DNA of 64,000 nt from contig OZ024741.1 of assembly GCA_964016885.1 (NCBI GenBank), positions 120,590,001 through 120,654,000 of the forward strand. The letters are read 5' to 3'. Within the stretch, counting starts at the first letter, position 1, and each line of letters begins with the position of its first letter. The notes under the pieces were generated by a model, which saw nothing but the letters and a program-made list of their open reading frames with translations, made no database searches and had not been told where the DNA came from. Origin of the DNA: Eledone cirrhosa. Its lineage: Eukaryota. Below are positions 14,090-27,165 of this stretch, piece after piece. The position numbers and the translations under genes are program-made.

Positions 14090-14540
14090 AATGGTTTCTG
14101 ATTTAGGCACAAGGCCAACAATTTCGGGGGCGGGTGGAAATGTTGATCAAATCGACCCCAGTGTGTTACTCATACTTTATTTTATCGACCACGTAAGGAT
14201 GAAAGATAAAGCTAACTTTGGTGAGATTTTTACTCTAGTAAAAGGCCTTTTCTCTATGCCATGAAGCATGGTATCCGACTCTCTACCGATTCTGCCAATC
14301 CACCACCCTAATAATAATAATGATTGTTTCTACTTTAGGCACAAGGCCAGCAATTTGAAGGGGAGGGGAAAGTCGATTAAATCAATCACAGTGTATTACT
14401 GGTACTTTATTTATCAACCCCGTAAGGATGAAAGGCAAAGCTGACCTAGGCGGAGTTTGAAATCAGAACGTAAAGGGCTGTAACTCTGTGCTGCAAAGTA
14501 TGGTGTCCAACTCTCTACCAATACTGCCAATCCATCTCTC
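14090..14540 (-). mobile_element. Two tandem tRNA-derived SINE copies with a Meta-like central domain
   Basis: Two units of about 230 bp sharing ttaggcacaaggcca...cgtaaggatgaaag(g/a)...ctctctacc, separated by (aat)n. Reverse strand reads gcctttcatcctt. Related copy at about 38600-38830. Confidence 0.65.
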
Positions 14541-14558
14541 TAATAATAATAATAACAA

Positions 14559-16008
14559 CTAGCAGTTTAGCCCGGCGTTGCTCGGGTTTGTTCATTTGCT
14601 ATGAAAAGTTACATACAAATAAACATGGCTTGAAATAAGTTTATCAATTAAGTGCTTAAAGCAGTTGAACCGGTTATTAAAAGTTACGAACCAATTAGCA
14701 TTTTGGACAATCAATAATGCGTTAATAATCTTCTAATAGCGAATTCAGTAGACCAAAGTTGCAAGATGGTGGCCCTGATGCCGTTGGGTGTCAGATCTGT
14801 CCGCCATGGGTGACTCTTCAAGGAAATAGTTTTCCAGACGGCATAGCTCCAACACCTCCAACAGCTGCAACAACATCTATAGCACCTCTTTGTAGACGAT
14901 ATTGCATGTCATCCCTTGAGGAGTGTAAGCAAAACGTCCATTCCTGCTCCCTACGCAGGAACAGGCAACATAAAGTTGGCCATGGGAGAAGTATGGCTCC
15001 CCCAAATGTATGCCCGCCACCGACAATGTTTGCCCTTGTGACATGTTAATAGACATGGCAAAACATGGTCTCACCGGGAATTGGGATCGCTGGAAATCGA
15101 ACGGGATATCTGACACCAAGGTTCATCCTTGGCAGTGTATTCGGCAGAATTGCTAGAAGTACAACACTATGGGTGTTGTCATATTAATATTTAACCAATG
15201 AAAGTCGTAAAAAATAAATAATTTAAACATTCCGATTCATATGTCTATAGCATTAATCTGTTATATGACGTGTTATTTTGCGGGTTGTTATTTGCAATAA
15301 GCCGATTTAAAATACCCCAGAAAAGCCGTATGTCAATACGGAACTCCAATGACTCCCTCAGCAGTTAAATTATAGAGAGGAGGAATAATCTATTATAGAG
15401 AGAGAGAAGAGCAATGGAGAGAGTAACGCTAAGAAACTATAGGGAGGTGTGTAAAACAGTGTTGTCCTATAGAGAGTGAAGAGTGACAGAGAGAGTAGAG
15501 CAATTAAATTATAGAGAGGGGGAATAATCTATTATAGAGAAAGGGAAGAGCGACGGAGAGAGTAAAGCTAAGAAACTATAGGGAGGTGTGTTAAACCTCA
15601 AAGCATGAAGAGAGTAAAGCAGTTAAATTATAGAGAGGGGGGAATGATCTATTATAGAGAGAGGGAAGAGCGATGGAGAGAGCATTATGACTATGTTTGT
15701 TGTTGTATAAAATGATGTGTTGCTTAGTTTTCAAAGTTTATGTCGCGTTCCTGAACGAAGTTTTGTCGTTGTTGGGTAGTAGAGAGAGTGAATAAGCGTG
15801 TAAGAGAGAGGGTTACAGCATGTATTTAGTTTTATCGATTTTTTTCATAGAAGCAGGAAATTTTTGACGAAGTTTATTACGCTTTGACCATCATTGGTAA
15901 ATTTGGAGCACATTGGAAAAAATCATCAAAATCGGTAGAGAAATGTGGAAATGCATAAAAATCATACACACATACAGACAGACATCTTCCGTTTTATATA
16001 TATAGAGA
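14559..16008 (-). mobile_element. Non-autonomous Helitron with both termini and a PIF1-helicase C-terminal remnant
   Basis: On the minus strand, 5' A|TCTCTATATATATAAAA, 3' hairpin CCCGAGC-AAC-GCCGGG then CTAG|T. 14877-15119 encodes QFPVRPCFAMSINMSQGQTL..FSHGQLYVACS. Confidence 0.9.
15360..15682. repeat. About 2.5-3 tandem purine-rich units (about 125-140 bp) inside the Helitron
   Basis: gca(g/a)ttaaattatagagagg..gaat(a/g)atctattatagaga repeated at about 15361, 15499 and 15619. Confidence 0.8.
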
Positions 16009-16021
16009 TAACAACAACAAC

Positions 16022-16375
16022 ACGGGATAACTCTCTTCCGATTCAAGGGAGGTAAATCACTAATCTGGAATATCCCCATGCTGTGACTTTTCTCTGCCTC
16101 CAGCCTTGTTGCTTTGGCCACAAGCCTAAAAACTGCCACCCACAATGCTGAGTAGAGGAAGATAACCAAATACAGGGACTTGACCAACCAAATCCTTTTC
16201 ACGCTGATTGCCATTAAGATTTCAGGTTTCCTGGGTCCTGAACTGCTGTTTTCCTCTATAAAATTAGAAAGACAGCAGCCCATCTGAAGAAGGGACCCCA
16301 TGAGATGGGGTGTCTGTTGAAGTGGGTGTTGCTGACCATTCTCTGTGGCAATGCCTTAGTCATCTTGTTCACTGA
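16022..16375 (+). mobile_element. CRE-clade-like non-LTR retrotransposon 3' fragment (restriction-like endonuclease), degraded
   Basis: Manual translation across frameshifts: GITLFRFKGGKSLIWN..AE*RKITKYRDL..FTLIAIKISGFLGPE..ILCGNALVIL. This matches the CRE RLE pattern (PDG.TL.P...GK.L.WD; AE..K..KY; F.P.A.ET.G..G; .RGNA..I). Confidence 0.65.
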
Positions 16376-16959
16376 GTACAGCTGAAATATATCACTGGGA
16401 CATGGATGTAGAATTTGTTTTGTTGTAGAATTTCTTTTGTTGCTTTATTTTATTTATTTATTTTTTTTTTTTTTCTCTTTCTTTTTCGTTTCTGTATATA
16501 AATTGTCTTCAAAGGAAAATAAACTGTATATTATTCAGCAGACATCAGATATAAAGCAGACTAATGACCTCATTATTATATGGTTTGAAGCCAGAAGACA
16601 GTTTCACTGGAGAAACAGTCGTATATTCCCATCGATGTTAGAATATTGGTGGCCGTCATCATTAGTGGTAGCTGTATATTTAACGAATCAAGGGTTGCTT
16701 CTGACAGGACCCACTGGAAGTCATGCTTGAGGACTCCCACGACCCCTCAGAGAAATAATAATAATAAGAAGAAGAAGGAGAAGGAGAAGAAGAAGAAGAA
16801 GAAGAAGGAAGAGGAGGAGGTAATTCATAAAAAAATATTTATATTTATATTTTAAATAGAATGATAAGGCAAGGCAGTGGAAGGGAAGAGAAAATAAATA
16901 AAATGTTGATGCATTTGTATGAGAATGGGGAGAGGTAGAGGAATGAGTGAATCTGCAAA

Positions 16960-17712
16960 CCAACTGATCACTTATTGATCAGCCAAATAGATTATACCCT
17001 CACCAGAAGACAAGATAGAGCAACGGTTGTAAACAAAAAAAAGCATCCTGGACGAGGAATTCACCCCCCACCCCAACATAACCTAGAAGTTAGCATCTTC
17101 AGAGTTAGAACTAATGAGACCCTGAGACAGAGATCAACCTGGAGAAGAAAGGATATGGAAGCTGAAGGAGCCCTCAGCTTGTAACAAATTTAGGAGAAGC
17201 TTGCTTGATGCTTTTGACAGTAAGAAAGAAAAAATAGTGACATACAATACAGAGGAGCAGTGAGAATTCCTGAGAAATAATCTGCTGAAGACCACAAACA
17301 AGATCTATGGATGGAGCTGGGCCCCAAGTAGAAGTAGTCACTTGGAAAAAAACACCACTGAGGCCTTCTTCCTTGTGAAGCAGCTGGAGAAGTACTTGGC
17401 TAAAAGCAAGCCCCCTCAACTTAGCATTCATGAACCTAGAGAAAGCATTTGTGAGGGTCCCCACACCATAATCGGGTGGGCCCTCTGAAAACTAGGGGTA
17501 GATGAATGGTTCATGAGGGCAATACAAACCATGTACAGAGGAGTTACCAGTAAAGTCAAAATTAACAATGAGTGTAGTGAAGAATTTAATGTGCAAGTGG
17601 GGGTTCACTTGCACATTAAATTCAGCCCCTTCCTGTTCCTTATTGTCCTGCAGGTTATAACAGAAGAATTTAAGACTGGTTGCCCATGGCAACTCCTATT
17701 CACCAAAGATCT
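16960..17712 (+). mobile_element. Degraded RTE LINE fragments (endonuclease end and RT)
   Basis: SQIDYTLTRR (APE motif), then AIQTMYRGVTSKVKINNE..VQVGVH..EEFKTGCPW, with internal deletions. Confidence 0.8.
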
Positions 17713-18131
17713 CAAAGGTATGGTCTCTTGTATACAGCATACATCAACTTTCTATCACTCAAACATCTCCACAATCTCACCTGACCTACCTTTCAATGTC
17801 CCTACGTTGATGGTGCAAACTATGAAGTCTCAGGGAGGAGGTACAGTGTGCCTGGGGGTGCAGGGTGACATGGTGCCAGCTTTTCTTGTCTTAAAAAGAG
17901 AGAGTTGATATGGTTGCCCAGAGCTGGGCGTTTGCATCATGTCTGTATTTATATTATGAACATTTCTTTCCAGTCAGGTATAAGTGGCAGTGGTGGGGGA
18001 AGATGTTAGTGGTGCAGGTATTAGTGGTGCAGGTATCGATTGTAAAGGTATTACTGGTAAGGGTATCAATGGTAAAGGTTAATATTTATACTAAAGTTGA
18101 TAATGAACAAAACTAGTCCGGAATATTAGTG

Positions 18132-18169
<38 letters not shown>

Positions 18170-18176
<7 letters not shown>

Positions 18177-18370
18177 AAAACAGAGTTAAAAACTCACGTT
18201 AATCCCCTATAATATGTTTTCCATTCTTTCCATATATATATATATTTAAGACAGTATATAGAAAGAAAGACACAAAGAGGTATGTGTTCAATCATAGGGG
18301 ATAGAGAACCACCAGAATGGAAAACATATTATAGGGGATTAACGTGAGTCTTTAACTCCGTTTTTTAATT
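18170..18370. repeat. Inverted repeat with arms of about 57 bp, next to (TA)n
   Basis: ctcacgttaatcccctataatatgttttccattct versus agaatggaaaacatattataggggattaacgtgag. Confidence 0.85.
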
Positions 18371-18734
18371 ATATCCAGCATTAATTATATTACAGCATCC
18401 AACAGTTGTAAAAACCCACCCAAAATACCATCCCACTATGAGCAAGGTTCAACACGGTCGTTTTGCCAGACCTTCCTCATAATGGGTCCACCCAGGACAA
18501 AGACAATGGAAGAAATAACGGCAAGATGGGCAGTCCCATCTCCTCAGTCAAGCTCTGGAAATTACTATGATATATATATATATAAACACGAGGGTCAGCT
18601 GAAAAGTTCAAAGGCTGACTTATTAATAACGGGATTATTTCTTTCCAGGGACTATGTTGGAAAATAAACCTCATTTGGTTATTCCACGAGAGTATGTTGT
18701 GGAGATAGCCAGAAATATAAATCTATCGAGAAAG

Positions 18735-19442
18735 TTGTCGATGAGGACAATGCTGTGCATTATCCTGTTGAATTTCTCAACAATATGGAACTGTTTGGTA
18801 TGCTGCCACACAACCTTGAATTGAAGAAGGGCACAGTCACCATACTTCTCAGAAACCTGAATCAGCCAAGATTGTGCAATGGCATGCATATAGTTGTGAC
18901 TGAACTACAATCATACATTATTGAAGCCAAAATCTTCACTGGATGTGGTAAGGGAGACATCGCATTTCTACCTAAAATGCCACTAATACTAACAGATGTC
19001 ACCATTTGCTTCAAATTATAGCAATTCCCAGTCAGAGTCAGTTACACAATGACCATTAATAAGTCCCAAGTCCCTGCAGATAGTTGGTTTCCTTCTAGAA
19101 GAGGCTTTCTCATATGGTCAATTGTACATAGCTTATTCCTGACTAGGAAGACCCCACAAACTTTTCATATATGCTCCATAGAAAAAAGTTAAAAACATTG
19201 TATATACTGAAGTTCGGTAAATATTTTATAATTTTCATAGAATACATTTTTTTACTATTTCTTTTATTTATTTCTGTATTTACATATTCTAAATATATAT
19301 TTAAAATTATGCAACATTTAAACACCTGTTAACACCTTTTATTCAGAGAAATGGACACTACAACAGATGCTAATAGGTGCCTTAATAAACAGATTTGAGC
19401 ACAGTACAGTACAGACCGGGGCAAAGACCAGAAGGTTGCTAG
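18735..19442 (+). mobile_element. Helitron 3' fragment (PIF1 helicase pseudogene)
   Basis: YPVEFLN..LPHNLELKKG..ILLRNLNQPRLCNG..QFPVRVSYTMTINKSQ..SHGQLY. Ends in a degenerate GC hairpin and CTAG|T at 19439-19442. Confidence 0.85.
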
Positions 19443-19504
19443 TTTCTATATAAAATAAAGGTATATATATATATATGTATATATACACACACACACTATA
19501 TATA

Positions 19505-20789
19505 TCATCATCGATTAATGTCTATCTTCCACGCTAGCATGGGTTAGATGGGTTTGTCCCAATTAGAGGCAAGTGGGATTGGTTGACCATGTCTCACTCA
19601 TATAGGAGAGTTTCTAGCTGGTTTTCTATGGCTGGATGCTCTTCCTAATGCCAAACACACTTACAGTGTGTGCTGGGTACTTTTTGTCATGACACCTACA
19701 CAATCACTTTACAGTGTGGGCTAGATGTTCTTTACAGTGTGGACAGGGCACCTTTGTTGTGTCACCGACACAACACAGTGGGGACTAGGGAGGGTGGAGG
19801 GGCTGGGGGGGGGGGGATGTAGACAGGGTAGTAGGGGAGGTATGGCTACCACTAAGTGAGGTGAATGAGAGGGGGATAACAGGTTGAAGAAATTGTTGCC
19901 TACTAGGTATAACCCTCATCCCGAGAATAATAGAGAGCGGGTCTTCCGTAAATCTGCATAGTGCCAGAGGTCACGGTCCTGAGTCATTGCCTTTGAGATA
20001 TGTAATTGTGCAAGGTCAGCTTTTATTACCTCATCCCAAGTCTTCCTCGGCCTGCCCACAACAAAGCTACCATCGACTTTGAGCGCTCTACACCTTATTA
20101 TACAGCTGTCATTCTTCGTACACATCACATGTCCATACGAATGCAATCTCCTCTCCTGCATGCAACAATTGATTCCTCTTAAGCCTAATTTCTCACACAG
20201 TGTATTTATACTTTGCCGTTCACATATATTGCTATTGCACATCCAGCGAAGCATGGAGGCTTCATTTCTTTCCAATCTTCGCAAGTTCTCCGCACACAGT
20301 GCCCAGGTCTCACTGCCATGCAACATTGTTGTTCGTATACATGCATCATACAGTCTGCCTTTCATTTTGAGAGAAAAACCTTTTGTAGTTAGTAATGGTA
20401 GTAGCTCCCTGAATTTTCTCAAAACCGATCTCACTCTGGTTACTGTGCTTTCGGAGCACCCTTCCCCACTACTGATTTGGTCACCCAGGTAATGGAAACT
20501 ATCTATCACTTCAACCGAGCCATCTGAGCATTTGAAGGTGGTTGTGTCCTGAGGGGTCTAGCTACTTACTGCCCCTGTGCACCTGCCACAAGTAAAACCT
20601 ACAATCTTTGTTAACCTGCCTGAGATCCCACTACATCTCTTGTGTACCCATTGCTTGCATTTGGTACATAGAATGGAATTTCTACCTACTTCTTTTCCTA
20701 CTGCACACTGAGCAGGGTCATTTCCCAGAGGCGATCTGTGCCCTACTACTTACTAGGACTTTAGTCTTTGCCAGGTTGATTTTAAGACC
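19505..20789 (-). mobile_element. 5'-truncated RTE LINE with long 3' UTR
   Basis: ORF 19916-20509 (FHYLGD..LHGSETW..GRPRKTW), PHD remnant at about 20580-20725, RTE 3' end at 19505. Confidence 0.9.
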
Positions 20790-21091
20790 TATATATATAT
20801 TATATATATATATAAGTATAAATATAGTACTGGGAATAATCAGGAAAAACTAGACAGGAAGATGTGGATAGAAGAAGAATTTATTGTGTGTTCAATCTTT
20901 AATATATGTTCTTGTACAATTACATAACAGTCTACATCCACTGACTACATTATATAATGTTCATTCTAATGCATTGCATGTCTGTGATTGCACATCATCA
21001 GAAAGAAAAAAAATTAACAGGGAAGAAGGAAGATTGGTTATATCCCTAGTTGTAGGTACTGTATTTCTGCAATAAGCATTACTTACTGCTG

Positions 21092-21235
<144 letters not shown>

Positions 21236-21240
21236 GAGAG

Positions 21241-21553
21241 AGAGTTAGTTCCATAACAAATTAGCAAACCATACAGCTGTGGTGAGAATAGAAGTGTGTA
21301 TGAGCTGACTGGATTCTGCACAATAGACGAGGGTAGTTTGATGACAAGGGAGACAACTCAAATTAGACTGGTGCAGGGGGGGAAGACAATTTTCGTTTGT
21401 CTCCGTTCATTCCAGTTTAGATTCCAGTTTAGATTCGAGTCTCCTTTGTCACCAAACTACCCTCGTCAATTGCACAGATCCAGTCAGCTCATATACACTT
21501 CTGTTCTCACCATAGCCATACAGAGTTTGATAATTTATGGTGGAACTAACTCT
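21241..21553. repeat. Imperfect long inverted repeat (arms about 150 bp)
   Basis: agagttagttcca..tggtgagaatagaagtgtgtatgagctgactggat..gacgagggtagtttg pairs with caaactaccctcgtc..atccagtcagctcatatacacttctgttctcacca..tggaactaactct. Confidence 0.85.
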
Positions 21554-21628
21554 ATACCAAACTCATCCTTTGAACTGAGTGCACTACTTACTATGGATTT
21601 AACCTACCAGTTTTTTTACCACTATATA

Positions 21629-21667
<39 letters not shown>

Positions 21668-21931
21668 GCTGACCGAATACACACGTTGTTTTTCCCCATC
21701 TTTTCTCATTTTTTTTGTCCTGTTCCTTCCTCTTCTCACTCTTTATCTTTTTAATATATCTTCTATTTCTAATTCTACCTTCTAATAAAGTACTAGTGTC
21801 AGAAATGTTAAAACATTTTTCCTGCTATTGCAAGCATTAAACTAATATATTTCTTCAAAGTACTGTGTTATTTGCTTTCTTATTTATGTTTATTTTTTAC
21901 ATACATATATATATACATATATATATAGTAC

Positions 21932-21995
<64 letters not shown>

Positions 21996-22119
21996 AGCAA
22001 AAAATTGCTTATTGTGATCCAGTTCTTGGTTAAGAAACCCAGTTTCATGGATGGTTTCAACGTACAGTTAGGGGTAACTCCACAAGTTTGTAAGAATTCC
22101 GTTCAATCTTGGAGTATAA

Positions 22120-22421
22120 AGTATAAAAGAGAAAACACAGGTAAGCATTAAGAGAAGGATTTTATCCAGGTATTTACGACCGTTTCATTGGTAAGTGCAA
22201 CCTTATATTGCTATACTGCAAATAGCAGCCACTCAATTATAATTGTTGTTCACAGTCCAAATTTTGGAAATTTTGAAAATTTGGACTGTGAACAACAATT
22301 ATAATTGAGTGGCTGCTATTTGCAGTATAGCAATATAAGGTTGCACTTACCAATGAAACGGTCGTAAATACCTGGATAAAATCCTTCTCTTAATGCTTAC
22401 CTGTGTTTTCTCTTTTATACT
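22120..22421. repeat. Near-perfect palindrome (arms about 146 bp, spacer about 10 nt), probably derived from a Penelope-like element
   Basis: Arms are reverse complements from agtataaaagagaaaacacagg to cctgtgttttctcttttatact. Contains GAAACGGTCGTA. Right end abuts (TA)n. Confidence 0.9.
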
Positions 22422-22954
22422 ATATATATATATGTATGTATATATATATATACACACCATCATCATCATTGTTGTTTTAATGTCTGTTTCTGCACTATAC
22501 TAGCAAGGGTTGGATGATATATATATATATATGTAATTTGAAATGTGTGTGGTCCAATGCAAATGTCCATAATAATAATCACTTACTATAAATAATAGTT
22601 AACAAAATCAAGTAAAGCACCTCTCGAGTCAGTAGAAAAGTGGACACTAGTGTTTCAACCATTATTTATAATAACCATTTGCATTATATATTTTCACAAG
22701 TTTCTGATTTGGTTAAAAAAATAGAACCCAGTAATAAGTATATATAAAAGGAACAGGAGACATCTGTCTACAGTTTAAATGTGAACCACGCATGTAACTC
22801 ACATATTTGAGGTGATGTCGAGGAAGAGTCGGGCTTCAATCACCTTGATCACACCCAAACTGATCGATATTGAAACAATAGTAATATGCAAATAAAGTTT
22901 CTACAAAAGCTGCAAATCTGACTTTAAATATTTTCACTATATATATATACACAC

Positions 22955-22992
<38 letters not shown>

Positions 22993-22994
22993 AT

Positions 22995-23029
<35 letters not shown>

Positions 23030-23030
<1 letters not shown>

Positions 23031-25370
23031 CATCATCATCATCATCATCGTTTAACGTCCATCTTCCACGCTTGCATGGGTTTGGACGGGAGGTTTCCCA
23101 CTTGAGGCAAGATAGGTTGTCTTGCTCGTATAGGACTGTTGGCGGGTTTTCTATGGCTGGATGCCCTTCCTAACACCAACCACGTTTACAGTGTGGACTG
23201 GGAGGTTTTTACCGTGTTACCTACACGGCCACATTACAGCGTGGACTGTGTGTTTTTTGTCGTGACACCTACACGACCTCATTTGTTTCGGACTGGATGT
23301 TGTGGTACCAACATGACTTCACATTTAAAGGAGGGGGGGGTAGTGGGACGGGGGTGGTGGTGGTGGTGGTGGGTGGGGGGGGGGGGGGGGGGGGGGTTAT
23401 TTTGTTAGAGGTGCCTACTGACTGTAGGTTTCGCTTTGTACTTAGGCAAGGCGGGTCTTCTTTATTACTGTGTAGCGCCAAAGATCTCAGTCCAGTGACA
23501 TTGTCTTGGAGAGGTGTAAGTGTGTAAGGTCGGAATTTATCAAGTCGTCCCAGGTTTTTCTGGGTCTGCCTACTCCGTGGCTACCATCTATTTTTATCGC
23601 CCTGCACTTTTTTATACAGCTGTCGTCTTTCATGCGCATCACGTGACCGTACCAACGTAGTCTTCTCTCGAGTAAACAACATCTGATCCCTCTTATTCCT
23701 AATTTCTCCCTTAGTTCGTTTATGTTTAGCCGTTCACGTATATTACTATTACACATCCAGTGGAGCATGCAAGCTTCGTTTCTCTCCAGTCTGTATATAT
23801 CCTCTGCACACAATGCCCAGGTCTCACTGCCATGTAACATTGCTGTTCGTATGCAGGCATCATACAGCCTGCCTTTCATTTTTAGAGAGAACCCTTTAGC
23901 GGCCAATAGTGGTATAAGCTCTCTGAACTTTTTCCATCCCGTTCTGACTCTAGCTACTGCACTTTCAGAGCACCCTCCCCCACTGCTTATTTTGTCACCC
24001 AGGTAACGGAAGGTGTCCACTATTTCTATAGAACCATCTGTGCAATGGAATGAGCTAGTATTCTGTTGGCACTTGCTGCTACTTATTGCACCAGAGCACC
24101 GGCCACATATAAAATCTATATTCTTAGTTAGCTTACCTGTGATCCCACTACATCTTTTATGCACCCATACTTTGCATTTGGGACATAAAATGGAGTTTCT
24201 GCCTACTCCTTTCCTACACACTGAGCATGGCCATTTCCCAGATGGGACCGGTGCCCTATTTTCCTTCTTACAAACTAGAACTTTAGTCTTAGACAAGTTA
24301 ATTTTAAGGCCTTTTGATTCTAGGCCATGCTTCTATGTTTGGAATTTCTTCTCTAGTTCAGCCATTGATTCAGTTATGAGCGTTAGATCATCTGCATATA
24401 GGAGTTCCCATAGGTAGCCGGTCTTGAACTCCTCTGTTATAGCCTGAAGGGCAATAATACATAGTAGGGGGCTAAGGATGGAGCCCTGATGAACACCAAC
24501 TTTTACGCTAAACTCTTCACTATATTCGTTGTTAATTCTAACCTTGCTGACTGTTTCTTTATACATGGCTTGTATAGCTCTCACAAGCCAGTCATCAACA
24601 CCTAGTTTTCTAAGCGCCCACCAGATAATGGAGCGGGGGACTCTGTCAAAGGCTTTCTCCAAGTCAACAAAAGCTAAGTATAAGGGTTTACTTTTAACTA
24701 GGTACTTCTCTTGTAGTTGTCGTACAATGAAAAGAGCATCTGTGGTACTTTTACCTGACACAAACCCGAACTGTATTTCGTCTAGATCAATTCGTTCTCT
24801 GATTAGTTGCGATATTACTTTTTCTGTGACCTTCATGACCTGGTCGATTAATTTAATGCCTCTATAGTTACCCCTATCAAGAGCATCTCCTTTACCCTTG
24901 TAGCAGTTAATGATGATGCTGCTACGCCAGTCCTTCGGAACGGCCCCATTCTGTATGACTTGGTTTACTATCCGGGTGACCATAGTGTGTCCCACTGTTC
25001 CAGATGCTTTCAGCATTTCAGCAACTATTTCCGAAGGCCCGGCCGCCTTACCCATCTTCATATCTTTGATTACCTTACTTATTATTCTACCTTCAACTTG
25101 CACTGCTGGTCCCTCTATTGGATCGATGTGGGGGAGACTGTCTTTCTCCCATTTATTCTCCTCATTTAGTAGCCTTTCGTAGTGACACTTCCAAGCTACC
25201 TTCTTATCAGCGTCAGTGATGGCAAGTACACCATCATCATTAAGGACACACTTCTCCCCGACAATATCACGGTTTTCCTTGACATATTGCCTAGCAATCC
25301 TGAACACCTCACGTTTTTGGTCCTCGCGTTGTAGAACATGCTTGAACTTTCTTTCCTCTGCTTCCCTTCT
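23030..25370 (-). mobile_element. 5'-truncated RTE LINE (RT plus PHD), both ends in (TA)n
   Basis: ORFs 24333-25307 and 23487-24296 are separated by one in-frame stop. All RT motifs present. (GAT)n tail at 23030-23049. Confidence 0.93.
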
Positions 25371-25528
25371 ATATATATATATATATATATATAGTAATAA
25401 TAATAAATTTGAAGACTAAAATCCAAAGAGGGCTCGATATGGATAAATATATATCAAATATATTAAGAGTGAAAGCAGTGATTCTTTGCTTAAACTTTAA
25501 TCTGTTATTTTAATAAATATATATATAT

Positions 25529-25896
25529 ATATACGATATTAAATAAATGGAAACTATATTTATAAAACCATATTTATTTCATTATACATATTTCAGGGAT
25601 ACCAAATTAAAATATGGTATGCCTTCATCAGACAAAATACAATATATAAACAGTTTTATAAATAATTTTGACGTACCCTATTAGATGCAACCATTATTTT
25701 TGGAAGCTATCCAGACAGCTTCCAAAAATAATGGTTGCATCTAATAGGGTACGTCAAAATTATTTATAAAACTGTTTATATATTGTATTTTGTCTGATGA
25801 AGGCATACCATATTTTAATTTGGTATCCCTGAAATATGTATAATGAAATAAATATGGTTTTATAAATATAGTTTCCATTTATTTAATATCGTATAT
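25529..25896. repeat. Near-perfect palindrome (arms about 180 bp, 8-nt spacer) with a hammerhead-like core in each arm
   Basis: Centre ggaagct-atccagac-agcttcc. Right arm has CTGATGA (25794-25800), stem aggcatacca/tggtatccct, GAAA (25831-25834), tatgta. Confidence 0.9.
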
Positions 25897-25975
25897 CTAC
25901 TCCAAAAACTTGTCGAGTGCTTTATATCAGTTATAAAATATTTACTTGTATCCCAACAATTTTAAATAGAACTTT

Positions 25976-26010
<35 letters not shown>

Positions 26011-26014
<4 letters not shown>

Positions 26015-26103
26015 GTTCAAGACCCCAACGGCTGAGCTCAAGCCGTTTCAACGGCTATTTCGTCGAAACGGCTTGAGCTCTGCCGTCGGGGTCTTGAACA
26101 TTT
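26011..26103. repeat. Fold-back hairpin with arms of about 40 bp directly after (TA)n
   Basis: aaatgttcaagaccccaacggctgagctcaagccgtttc pairs with gaaacggcttgagctctgccgtcggggtcttgaacattt. Confidence 0.88.
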
Positions 26104-26184
26104 TCCTATTACCCACTCTACTACCCTAAGTATTGAGTACTCTGGTGCGTTAATGTCCATCTGATTCCTTACCACACTTCCTTC

Positions 26185-26231
<47 letters not shown>

Positions 26232-26235
<4 letters not shown>

Positions 26236-26770
26236 GAAAAAATGGTGTGCTGCATTGTTGCGGATATGAACATATGAATAAAAATTGACTGAGAAACAGG
26301 AAAAAGTCCGTCATCAGTAGTCTGCTGATTCTCATTGGTATTTCTTCGCATTAAAGACTAGATACCTAAAATCAGTGCGAGCGATAACTCAATTAAGTTA
26401 TCGGGACAGAGGAAAGTGAACAAACATGGTAGTAACGCAACGTAAAGAGAGGAAAAGAGAGACAAGTCAATGAATTTTGTGGGCTTAAGTCCGACAAATC
26501 AAATGAGGAGAAGAAAACAGACACGTCTGAGCCACGAAAAAAGTGAGAGAGTAAAGAATTATCGCTGGTCAGAGGGGAGGAAGTGAGAGAGGAGGAGTAG
26601 CAGAGAGTGAGTGAGTGAAAGTGTGAGGAAGGGGCCAGCAGTGGGGATGGAGGAAAGCAAGAGGTAAGGGGGAGAGAGAAAGAGGAAAGCAGTAAGGTAA
26701 CAGAAAAAATACGAACCACAGCGAAGGAAAAATATATGTGAATGAAAAAATGGCGTGCTGCGCTGTTGCG

Positions 26771-26775
<5 letters not shown>
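26232..26775. mobile_element. Non-coding element of about 540 bp with short direct terminal repeat, between (TA)n tracts
   Basis: aatgaaaaaatgg(t/c)gtgctgc(at/gc)tgttgcg at about 26233 and 26741. Confidence 0.55.
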
Positions 26776-26797
<22 letters not shown>

Positions 26798-26801
<4 letters not shown>

Positions 26802-27165
26802 TTAGTATAGGTGCTCCAACATAGTGTTATACATAAATATGTACATGCCGTATACAGTATGTGTATGAAAAACATTTGACAGCCTTTTGCTATGAATTTA
26901 AGGTTACGGCTACTGTCACACATTCTTAGTTTCATCAAAAACCAAGGGAAGCAACTGACAACGTTGTTTCTCATTTATTTGTGGTTGTGAAAGCTGCATA
27001 TCCACCTAGTTTAAGCTGAGATAAAAATAAGCTAGAATCTTATAGATTTCTCGCATATCTGATGAAACTCATTCAGAGCAGTAACTGGTCAGCCTTGAAT
27101 TAATAAATTTAGTATAGGTGCTCCAATATAGTCTTATACACATATATGTAAGTGTTGTATACAGG
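26798..27165 (+). mobile_element. Non-coding element of about 370 bp with direct terminal repeat of about 60 bp and degenerate hammerhead core (pseudo-LTR-like)
   Basis: aaatttagtataggtgctccaa..tatacag at about 26798 and 27105. CTGATGA-aactc-attca-gagca-GTAA-ctgg-tc at about 27059-27090, then AATAAA. Confidence 0.55.

Noticed and set aside
14877-15119. Host PIF1 helicase gene (also 18755-19021)
   Set aside because: Fragments lie within Helitron termini, are truncated, and have degenerate motifs or stops.
21790-21820. Degenerate hammerhead-like string ctaataaag..gaaatgtt
   Set aside because: Core too mutated and no stems supported.
26285-26325. CTGATGA on the minus strand as a possible hammerhead
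   Set aside because: No correctly placed GAAA on that strand (it reads TGTTTC or GCAAC), so the core is incomplete.
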